Below, piece by piece: positions 34,898-45,705 of a DNA stretch of 64,000 nucleotides (within the stretch, counting starts at the first letter, position 1; every line of letters starts with the position of its first letter). The notes under the pieces were generated by a model that ran no database searches, was not told the DNA's origin, and saw only the letters and a list, made by a program, of their open reading frames with translations. The translations under genes and the position numbers were made by a program. Source of the stretch: Tetramitus jugosus (Eukaryota; Protista; Heterolobosea); the NCBI GenBank assembly GCA_937625935.1, contig OW569370.1, positions 372,001-436,000 of the forward strand, read 5' to 3'.

Positions 34898-37800
34898 TTA
34901 AGGATATTGGAATGGTGCTGGCGGTTCAGGTTCCTTTTCATCTTCACCAGCCCCTCCAGCCTGCTTTGGCTCCACCAATTTCTCTGGTTCTTCAGGTTTC
35001 AGATCCCTAAGCAACATGATACCATATTCAACATCAGCCGAGGCGTTGACACCACTAAACTTGACTGGGACATATCTGTCGTTCAAGTCAAACTTGATGT
35101 ATGGCAATTGAGATGGTGTTACACGAGCAGGATTCTGCAAAATATCGAACTTTGGTTCTGGCTTCTTCTCCTCCTTTTGTTCTGTGGCAGTCTCTTTTTC
35201 CTCCGTTGCTTGCTCACTGGTAGCAGGTGTTGGAGTTGGAGTTGGTGTTGGCGTTAGGTCATCTTCCATCAGCTCTCCTCTCTGCTTGGCCTCTTCTCTT
35301 CTCTTTCTTCTCTCTGCTCTGGCCTTGGCTTTGGCAGTCAATGAAAGTTCAGCAGTTGGACCAACCTTGACTTCCTTCTTCTCTTGCTCAGATTTGATTG
35401 GTTCAGGATAGGCAAAGAGACTTGGTCTGGCATTGCTTGTGAACTCGTATGCTGGCATCTTCAGATTGCTGTTCAATCCAATCACGGCAGTGGGCTCGAA
35501 AGCAAGAGACAAGAAATGCAAGTATGGATACCAGAACCAATATTGAGTGAACAGGGCCAAACCAATGATGTTTCTCATCTTGTTATGACCACTCTTATGC
35601 AGACATATCGTGACGTTTCTGCCACCAGCATCTATGATACCAGCACTCAAGATGGAACCAACCTTGCACATGACTTCTTCTCCTCTTGTACTCCACACCT
35701 TTTCAAAGTGTTTTCTATATTCAGAAACCTTTGGAGTTTGTTGCTCATTGTGTTGCATCAAAATCATTGAGATGGCGATCAAAGAGCCTTGTCTCACAAA
35801 GTCAACTGGATCCTTGGTCAATGGATCCAAGATATCGAGAGCTTCCTTCAGTCCAGTGCCAGCACAGGAGATACCGATTGCAAGAGTAACACCATATCTA
35901 ACATGAGGATTGTAACTCTCGGCCAAGAGGCTCACAAGTCTTGGGCATTGCTTTGGTGTCTTGAATAACAAGAAACCAAGATTGATTACGGCAGCACGTC
36001 TCACATCATCACTGACATCGGAGACAGCAATTTGAAGGAGCTTACGAATGGCGCCATTGTTGCTTGTGCCACAGTAGGCGAGGCCCAATGTGTACATTGC
36101 TCCATAACGAAGAACAGGATCCTTATCTGCAATCAATCTATCGATTAGATTGTCAGCTTCTTCTTCTCTGCCGTACATGCTGAGAGCGATACCGACAGCC
36201 AAACCTCTAATAATCTTCTCGTGAGCAGTTTCTTGTGCGTAAGCCAACATTTCATCCACACACTTCTCATTACCAGTACCCATCATAACGAGACCCATAG
36301 CAACACCAGCTGCTTCACCGCTGATTGCATTATCCAAATAGAGAATACTCCTCAACTTCTCATACAACTCTTCGTCACCAGTAGCCATAGCGCACAAGCC
36401 CAGACCGAAGCAAGCACCGTGTTGTACAACTGGATCAGTGGCTTCATTCTTTACAATGTTCAATAAATTAGCAGTCATGTTGTCACCATGGTTCGAGTGA
36501 ATGATACCAAGAGCATACAGAGCTCCACCCTCAGAATAGATACTTGTACCTCTGCCTCCTGTAGGGGCAGCTGTAGCTGTAGCATCTCCGAATCCCTGTG
36601 GAAGATATGGTCTAAGAATGTTGATCGAGTCAGTGATTCTACCCTTGTGAATCACACCAAGTGAAGCAGTAGCGCTGAACTTGGACCAGTTACTGGCCTT
36701 GCCCAACCACTCGAGATTTTCTCTCAAGAATCTGTCAACAGTTGTACCAGAGTGCATAAAAGCATTGGAGCTGATGGTGGCACTGTGCAAGATTGAGTTA
36801 CGTTCGAATGAGGACTTGATATTGTTCAAGATTTGAATATCTGCACGGTTTTGACGATTGAGAGTGTCGACATGGAGCGAGATAGTTGCCTTACCAGACA
36901 AAATATTTAACAACTTGTTCACTCTGGCTTCATAGGTCGTGCTGTCATCGGTCGTTGCGTTGTCAACTTTGCTCGAGTCTACGCTTGAAGCCAACTGCTC
37001 GATAATACTCTTCAAAAAGTGTTGAGGGGCACGATCCTGCAAATCGAAAGCGATTTGATAGGCAATCAAAGCATTTGTATCGTCCTTGTCTACACGGCCC
37101 AAGTTGATGCTCACAAGTTTCTTCAAAATGGAAGCTGTTTGATTGGCGTCGTCCAAGAAGGTCAAGCACTGAATCACACCAACATAATTTGGTTCACTCT
37201 CGGCCAAGAAGAGATCGACAAGTGTGACGAGCAGAGTTTGACGGAAGTCTCTTGATGTGATCAAATTCATTGCAACGTCGAAGCAATAGAGAAGCATTTC
37301 GTGTACTTTGCCAGACTTTGTGATTGCTTCCCTCAATTTATCCACTCTTCGTGATTCAATTGCAATTCCCAGTGCTTGCTTGTATTCTCCATCTTGGAAG
37401 CATCTGTTGAACATTCTTTCAACAATGTCCTTCAATCTTTCATCGATCGTTACGACATCTTTCTTTGCTTCAATGTTTTTGACTCGTTGGGAAATATATG
37501 TGTCAATTGCCTTGGCTATCAATAGTATCGAATCATGTATGATAAATGATGAAAGTTAGAAACAGACTGGAGATCAATCACAACAAAGACACATGTGAAC
37601 AAGAAAAATCAAAAACGTACCGATAATCTTGTTGATATATTCATCATCCTTCTTGTTCACATCGAACAAGTTTCCAGCACCTAATGCAAATTGCAAAGAA
37701 TCATCAAATTCGTTCAAGTGATAGTAAACCTTGGATGCAATCAGAGCAGCCAATTGTCTGTTTGTAAATTTATCATCTTCATATAATCCCTCACTATGAT

Positions 37801-38078
37801 CAAACACAGGTTCAAATTAAAAATTGAGAGAGTGTTAGATGATCTTATCATTTCGCCAAGTTCAAAATGTGGATCGGCACAGAACACGGATCCAAGTCAA
37901 TAGAAAAACAAAAACTGTCATGATAGATGTCGTACATTTTGCGGATAGATTCTGAAATTTCAGCCCAGAATTGATCAACGATTTGATTCAGGCGGTCCAA
38001 AGCCAATTCCTTTAGTTCATAATCTTCTTCATCGAGCAATGATAATATACCAGCAGCGCTTGCGATCTGTGTTGCCAT
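34898..38078 (-). CDS. RPN2: 26S proteasome regulatory subunit Rpn2/PSMD1 (3 exons, about 977 aa)
   Basis: Exons 38078-37936, 37793-37621 and 37515-34898. Motifs [44 protein letters not shown] repeats, [39 protein letters not shown]-terminal [10 protein letters not shown]. Confidence 0.97.
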
Positions 38079-38353
38079 TTTTCTAAATAATTGTGTCGGT
38101 GTTGCTGGTTGAATCGGTTTTGTATGTACAGATGATGTTGCGGTGCTTTTTGGTTCGATCTCTGAGTGGATTGTTGTTTTCTTCATGAGAACAAAAACAT
38201 GATCAAGCAAACAAAAATAGATCTGTAGGAATGTTTACAACGATTGAACTTTCATTTTATTACAACGCGAAAATCGAGCCGCTTTTATTTACAACTTTCA
38301 TAAAAGCTCCGACAAAATAAAATACAAGCTTTCATGAAAATACAATCACTATA

Positions 38354-38947
38354 TCAGAGGAATGGCTTGAGTTGTGTCTCTAGTTGTTTTGTGTGCTTAT
38401 CAAGTGCTGAAATAATATTTGATAGCTCTGACACATTCGCATCAATTTCATCCACCTGTTGAAGAAGAGGACTCAACTGGGCATCTGTATGGATACAAGC
38501 GGTTGTGTCATATCAAAAAGAATAATCGTGTGTAAGTAACATGATCACATTTCGAACGAACACATAACCAACCATGACAAAACATCACCACATACATTGT
38601 TCTCTCACTTCACTAATTTTTGTCGTGATGGCAGAAGCTCTCTCTGTCATTCCCTCATATCTCTGTGCTACATTGTCGTTCATTTTGCGCAATAGCTCCA
38701 ATTCGTTGAAACCGAGTTGCATTTCTCCTTGAACCACATTTGCTATCCGTTCCAATGCATCCTGTGTTTGTTGAGAAAGATGATCCTTTTTTTGTTGTCG
38801 TGCCTGTTCTCTTTCGTCACTCAAATTTGTCGACGTTGGTGGTGCACCTGTGGTTGTTGGCACATTTTCTTCTCCTGCATTGTTCGTTATTGATTCATCA
38901 TCATTGATATTGTCCTGTTGTTGTTGCGTCTCCGTTGTGTCTGACAT
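38354..38947 (-). CDS. BLOC1S2: BLOC-1/BORC subunit 2 (BLOS2), 2 exons, about 160 aa
   Basis: Exons 38947-38596 and 38484-38354; intron 38595-38485 GTATGT...CAG. Spliced product reads VQGEM...LELLRKMNDNVAQRYEGM...EQ|YAQLSPLLQQVDEIDANVSELSNIISALDKHTKQLETQLK. Confidence 0.88.
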
Positions 38948-39009
38948 TGTTTTTTTGTTTTTTGTTCTTGTAGAGAGAGGAACAAGTTTTTATTGCTATT
39001 CTTTTGGCT

Positions 39010-40036
39010 TCAGAGTGAGACATCGTCCATTGTCAGACTCTTGGTGTTGTGGTGTGTTGGCACATAGGGAACATTGACATCAATGAGATCTTGACCTCTG
39101 AGAACGGTGCCATAAGGACCAGTGACACCCAATCCAATCTGGTCAATGACAAAGACACAGGAAGGAGCATGTATGTGCTCTTCGACAATCTCTTGCAGGA
39201 TTGTAGAGTTGGTTGTTGACCAAGCCAAGGTGACACTAGAGCAGACAATCAAGTACACACACAACATACACAGTGTCAACACAATGTTCACACAACAAAC
39301 ACAAACATAACCAGATAAATGAACAACAACAAATAATAACAACATACTGTGGATCAAACTGAGAAAACACATTGGGTGATCCATACTTGTGAATCATTTC
39401 AATCTTCTTTTGCTTAATTGGTTCAGGCAGTGTTTGAATCCAGTCTGGAATCGTATCCTTTGCCTCTTTTGACACATAATCCATGGTCGCATTCACAATC
39501 ATATCGGAAAACGTTTGAATACAGTCGTCAACCTTCACACGCCACATGATGTAGTTGCCAGAGACTGTGACCAACGGTTCGACCTCAACTGCACAAATCT
39601 CACTCAGACTATAGTTGGATGCCGCAACGGATTTGATTGCTTCTTCCACAAGTGTCAATTTGCTCTTATCAAAACTGGTCAAGAACAATGTAATGTGAGG
39701 TAATTGTTTCGTAGTTAGATCAATCATCTGATGCCCTGATTCATCATATTGCGTCATATTGTTGTTCATGTCAATTGCATCGCTCACACACTGTTGACTC
39801 AATCGAACATAAATGTTTAGATTCTTGGATTGGTCATTGTTGTGCTTGTTGCTGTTGCTCACGAGTAACACAATCATGACAACGAGTCCAATCAACAACA
39901 AGCAAGCAACAATGGCGAACAGAATTTTGAACATGTCAATTATTCTCCCTTTGACAGCACTGTTGCTATTGTTGTCTGTCATGTACTTGCTGGAAGTACC
40001 GGCCTTGTTGGTGTACAGGGGTGTGTATTCGTCCAT
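39010..40036 (-). CDS. Type II single-pass membrane 2H-phosphoesterase family protein (2 exons, about 304 aa)
   Basis: Exons 40036-39348 and 39235-39010; intron 39347-39236 GTATGT...TAG. Transmembrane segment ILFAIVACLLLIGLVVMIVLLV. Two HxT motifs: PHITLF and the spliced FDPH|VTLAW. Confidence 0.8.
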
Positions 40037-40251
40037 ATGATAGCGCGCGCCTTGATTCTCAGAATGTGTTCTCGTTTCTTGTTGATGTTGTTCACACGTT
40101 TTTTTGTGGCACTTTTCCACACAGCGGGTTGTGTGAGGGCTTCCAGCACAAAACTCACACACCCGAACAACTGCGGTTGCAATTTCAGGGGAGCGTGGGT
40201 CAATCTTGTGGACATGAGGAGGATAACAGTGTATGATGAGCTAAAATGGAT

Positions 40252-42323
40252 TTATTTTCTTCTGCGATCATCTGACATGGTGTCTGCGTCGTCATTGTCT
40301 TTTGCCTTGTTGCTGACGGGATCTTCGAAGAGGGAGAGCCCATGCACAGCACGCTTCTTGAATGGAGTGCCCACATCTTCAATGAGCGATTCCAAGAACG
40401 TGGTACCATTGATCAGCTTTGTTGTGGCAATAATAAATTCGTAGTCTCTATCACCGATTCGCTTCTCATTCAAGTAACGAATGGCACTAATTTCAGCAAA
40501 TGTGACTCCACCAATAAAATACACGAGAACAACCTTCTTCTGAGAATGAGACATGTCCTCTGCTCCCTTCTGAATCACAGATTTCTGAGCTCCAGGGAGT
40601 GCGTTCAATATATCTTCTACGATTCCATATCTGCTGGTTTCGGATCCTGATAACATACCCTCGATCAATGAGACACTCAGAGGAGCATAACCGTTGAACA
40701 CTGAGTGAGGACTCTTGAAAGCCTGTTCTCTGTCTTCCATAACTTTCGGATTGTAGAGATTTAGAGATTTCTTCAAACTGTTCCAATTGTATCGAATCTT
40801 TGAGTCATCAGCACACAACAATCCCAACTTTTCCAAATTCTTGAGTGTCAACAGAGCTTCAAATCCATAACTTTGCATAATTTCAGTTCTATAAAAGTCA
40901 AACTTCTTTCGAGGAATACCATCCTTTGTGAGAGACATGAGACACAACAGACGCAGCACCTTGACAAGTGGTTCCTGCTTGCTAATATATTTCTCAATGT
41001 CCTCATCTTCACCTTCCAAAATACCAATCTGACTTTGAACAAACTCCTTAAATGTCATCTTGTCGATTCTCTGTCTAATCTCCTGGAAAATATTGATGTG
41101 CATTTCAAGATGTCTCTTGTCTTCTTGCAACTGGGGTAAAATTTTTGTAAATTCCTTAATTTCCTTTATGGTATCCAACTTGTTTCTGCGCTTCATTTGT
41201 TCATCTACTTCTCTCGCTTTTGAATTCAACTGTAATCCCACGAACTGCTTATTCAAATCTCTGAGTCTCGCAAACACAGAGTCCGTTGACTTGAGAAGCA
41301 CTTTGGGCTTCTGTGAAACGGCCACATCAGGCACACAAGGGAAATCAGGTGTAAAAAAACCATTTCGCACACCAAACAATTCATCAATCAATCCCTCATA
41401 GGTAAACTGAGTGAGCATGGGTGATACCATGTCAACTTTTCGATCAATCAGAATCAACGTGTCAATCTCTGGTGTCACATTCTTGAACACTTCCGAACCA
41501 ATTTGCTTCCTCATTCGCAACATCATATCAAACACACTCTTGGCATTGTCTCCCTTGAATTTCACATTGGGAATCAAGCCATAAAACGATTGAATTTTCA
41601 TAATGGATCGAGCCACATAGTACAATGATGACATGTCACCATCGAGTTGACACTCTCTGAATGCCGATGGCAGTTCCATTGACATGACATCATCATCAAA
41701 CGGTATCAAATCCAATGGATACTCTGCAATCTTCACATCACCATAGATACCAACCTCTTCCAACACCTTCTCACAAATCAATGTTCTTCTCGGTACCAAA
41801 AAAATGCTAAAATTCTTGGGTCGATTGTCCTCGTCCACCTCACTCGCCATCACATTCTTGCTTGACGCTGATTTCTTTCCTGTCGTTGCAGGAGCTGCCA
41901 CAACAGGTGAAGGAGCACTCAAAAAATGCTTTACTTGCTTACCAATCCACTTCATGAGGTGCATCTTGGGCCGAACAATGTACAACACGTTCTTAATATC
42001 AACATCGAACTCTTGATCATTCAACTTGTAAATTTTTTTGACGCCGTGGTCTTTGAGAACACTGGATGGAGCAATGAGACCCAGTGGACCAATGATTTGA
42101 TCGTCCAACACGAGTACTTTATCACCAGGCATCTATCAATTTGATGATGGCATGTGTTTGTTTGTTTGTTTGTTTTGTCATGACATGAAGAAAAAGTTAG
42201 TGTTTGTTTGCACATTGCTATCAACACAATCATCACACATACAGAGTTCAAAGCTTTAATGAGTTCATGCTCTGCTGTTTTCAAGATGGCATCCAAGGAT
42301 ACGACTCTTCGATCAACGTTCAT
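40252..42323 (-). CDS. VPS33: Vps33, Sec1/Munc18-family HOPS/CORVET subunit (2 exons, about 653 aa)
   Basis: Exons 42323-42243 and 42132-40252; intron 42242-42133. Motifs GDKVLVLD, VPRRTLICEKVLEE, DLIPFDDDVMSME, LILIDRKVDMVSPMLTQFTYEGLIDE, GYAPLSV, FIGGVTFAEISAIR. Confidence 0.96.
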
Positions 42324-42450
42324 GGTGGCCAGCAGTGTTTTTTGTTTTCTTTTTTTGTGAAAGTCCGCTAAGATAAAACGCCGAATGTTCCAATACAACC
42401 AAATCGAAAGCAGGCAGAAAAAGTGACAATCTGGAAGTGAATGAAAAGTT

Positions 42451-44923
42451 TTATCTCTTCTTGAGCTTGTGTTTCAGACATCTCTTTTCGGAGAGTTCCT
42501 TCTTAATCTTTCTCTGGTTCATACCCATGACAGCCTTGCCCGTCACCTTTCTACTCTGCTTCATCATCATGTATGGCTTATTCTTTGCATTCTCCTTCTT
42601 GGTCTTACCACCACCGTGAGTTCTGCGCTTCTTCCACTTCTCCGTCTCTTCCTTGGACTTGCGTCTGCCGTTGTCATCATCATCACCATCATCATCCAAA
42701 CTTCTCTTGTTACCTTCTTCAATGGTGTCTGTATCAATGTAGTCGTTACGCTTTCTCTTCAAAACCTTATTTACAGTTTGCTGTTGCTGAATCTTCTTCA
42801 ATAATTTAAAGTCATCGTCCGATAAAAGCTTTGTTGCAGTCAATTCTATTCGCTGCTTCTTCTTCTCTTGTTTAAGTTCAGCAAGCTTCTTCTTTCTTTC
42901 TTCGATTTCTGCAGGGGTCAAACCGTCAGTTTCAAGTGGCTTGGCGGCATTGAGGACTGAGTCAGTTGGGGTTGTAGCAAATCGGACCTTCTTTTGATTG
43001 TCCTCTTCGTCATCACTATCCTCATCATCCTCGTCCGATGAACCATGATCAATCTCATAACCAAGCTCCTCTAGCGTTGGAGCGTAATCATCCTCGTCAT
43101 CATCTTCTTCTTCTTCATTGTTAGTGTCTTCCATATCTCCTTCTTGTTCTTCATTTTCATCGTCGTTTTCATCATCATCTTCATCATCAGATGCACCATC
43201 ATCGATTTCATAACCGAGCTCTTCAAGAGTTGGAACATGTTCGTCATCATCATTGTCATCGTCTTGCTGATCAGTCGATGAAGATTTTTCATCTTCTGCC
43301 TCTTCTTCATCATCACTCACATCGATCCATTGACCTTCCTCGTCTGAGTCTTCATCATCCTGCATACCATCTCTTTCAGCCTTGTACTTGTCAAGCAGTT
43401 CAATACCTTCGAGACCGTCCTGTGCAGAATTCTCACCGAATTGAGGCAATGAAGCTTCTTCATCATATGTCTTACCTCTGTCCTTCTTCTTCAACAACTT
43501 TGGATCAATGTGTCTGTAGAGTGTAATGATACCACGAGCAGCATGGAACACATTCTTATTCTTTGACTTTGCGTATTGTGCCAAATCACGCAACAGAGAC
43601 TTGTTCATCACCAATGGTTGGCGAGCACAAATTTCTCTAATGGTGTTCAATCCGACGGTGATCACCTCGGATTTGGATCGATCATTGGCAAAATTGTTGG
43701 CAATAGACATCACCATAGGGTGCAGTGCATCTGGAGGAACATACTCGTGAACAGATTGAGCAACAATGGCCAATAGACGAGTGATTTGCAACTGAGAAGG
43801 CAACAAATACTTTTGAACAAATGGATAAAAGTTGAGCAGGATCAAACCGTTGGCAGCAATGCATCGAGACAACACATCCATCACCATTACTCTCACTTCG
43901 AATCTCTCGTTACTTGTCTTTAGCTTATTGAACAGCTTTTCACAAAAGCCTTGAGGATCGTTCAACAAATGCAATGAATTGAGGGATTCAATCTCTTGAG
44001 CCTTGGTCTTATTCTTGACACTCTTTGAAGCCATCTTGATGGCCTTGGTGTACATTTTACCCTTTTTTCTCGTCTTCTTGGAGTGAATATTTGCAAATTT
44101 CATTCTAATTTCCTTGATTAAAGTTCCCTTGTCCTTCTCTTCCTCAGTTTGCTTCATTCTCATCATTTCTTCATCTTCATCATTCTCAACTCCCAAAAAG
44201 AACTTGCAAGCAGCAACCAACATCTTAGTATCATTGACAAAGCAAGCCGTTGAAATGACATTAACAGTTTTGGCATCATTCCAAACACCCTTACGATACA
44301 GTTGAATCATAATGTCCAATGACTTCTTGGCAGCAATTCGGAACGTGTCAGACAACATTGAGTACATAAAATTCTGCAATGTTCTATTGACAGCAGAATT
44401 CTTCGTCTTCTTGTTCAACCGTTGTATATCGGACAAAATATGGAAATAGACTGTTCTTCGCAATACTTTATCATGGACACGGAAAAGCTTAAACAGTGCA
44501 GGAAGCACACTAAACAACAAAACACAAAAGTGTGAGATTTTCAACTTGTCATTGAAAACAAAAGCTTTCGCTCTCGCAACAACAAAAAAAGCATACATAC
44601 AGCTTCGAGTCAACAACATCTTGATTTCTAAATGAAATCAATGAAACGACTACTTGTCTACGCACTGATTTGTGCAATTCTTGTTGATGTTGTTCCAACA
44701 CTTCAATCAACTTCAGAGGAAGCTCCTTGACATGTTCTGGAAAGTGAGAAGATGTCTTACTCACAAACTGCAACAGAGAAACGAGATCCTTGTTCTCCTC
44801 TGCTGGTCGAAGCTTCAACACTTCAAGAGAATTTTCCAAGTGCTTCAATTGAAGGAGAAAATCTGGCTCATATGCATCAGAGTTGCCCTTAATATGGGAC
44901 TGAAGTGTCAGTAGGGAAGCCAT
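42451..44923 (-). CDS. SDA1: SDA1 / SDAD1 60S ribosome biogenesis factor (2 exons, about 793 aa)
   Basis: Exons 44923-44601 and 44509-42451; intron 44600-44510. Motifs LLTLQSHIK...Y..DF, LQNFMYSML, LYRKGVWNDAKTVNVI, LNDPQGFCEKL, GLNTIREICARQPLVM, LLKKKDRGK. Acidic middle region. C-terminal KKENAKNKPYMM. Confidence 0.95.
43030..43240 (-). repeat. Internal duplicated motif in the SDA1 acidic region
   Basis: Two copies about 51 codons apart: PTLEELGYEIDDGASDDEDDD and PTLEELGYEIDHGSSDEDDED. Confidence 0.9.
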
Positions 44924-45115
44924 TTTTCTTGTTGTTGATAATGTTTTTTGAATGAAGGATTTTCGAGTGTTTTTGTCCTTTGTGTGAAATTATGGAAGTC
45001 TGAATTTCAATGTTTTCATTGAAAGTGCAAAGCGGAGTTTAAGAATAAACCGATCTTCTTTTTTGAGAATACGTCAAAAAAAGAACAAAGAAACTAGCAG
45101 ATTGCTTCTACGACA

Positions 45116-45454
45116 ATGTCACAGGTATCCGCCCAAGAGTTGCGTGCCGAGCGTCAACAACGCGAGAAAATGATGAAGAATGCCATTTATGAAAATTTGG
45201 TGATCTCAGGTGAAAAGGAACGATTGAAGCAACTGTTGAAACAGAATTTGATGGAATGTGGATGGAATGAGAAGTTGAAGGTGTATGCGAAGCAAGTTGT
45301 GAGAGAAAAGGGATCATTTGAAGAGCTAACAACAGATGAACTAGTGAGTGCCATAACACCAAAAGCCAGAGACATGGTACCAGATGAAATCAAGGAACAA
45401 ATGTTGCACAACATTAGAGATTTTATAGAGAAGAATCACTTGGTTGATGAATGA
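45116..45454 (+). CDS. ENY2: ENY2/Sus1 (SAGA DUB module and TREX-2 subunit)
   Basis: SGEKERLKQLLKQNLMECGW...LTTDELVSAITPKARDMVPDEIKEQMLHNIRDF. Confidence 0.95.
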   Translation: MSQVSAQELRAERQQREKMMKNAIYENLVISGEKERLKQLLKQNLMECGWNEKLKVYAKQVVREKGSFEELTTDELVSAITPKARDMVPDEIKEQMLHNIRDFIEKNHLVDE

Positions 45455-45705
45455 GAGAGACAAACAAACACTACGACTAGAAAACCTGTGATTGATTGAC
45501 CTCCACCACGCAGAGACACAATCCTTCACAATTCGCATGGAATCAAACGGAATTTTTTTAGGCGCCAATAATGCTCCGACCTGATGGAGCTTTGGTACCA
45601 AGGACACGTGGTCAAGATGTTGTATTACCTCTCATCACCAGAGCAAAAGCAAAAAAAATCAACAACAAGAACAACAATAAACATTATCAATAGGAAGAAT
45701 TGACA

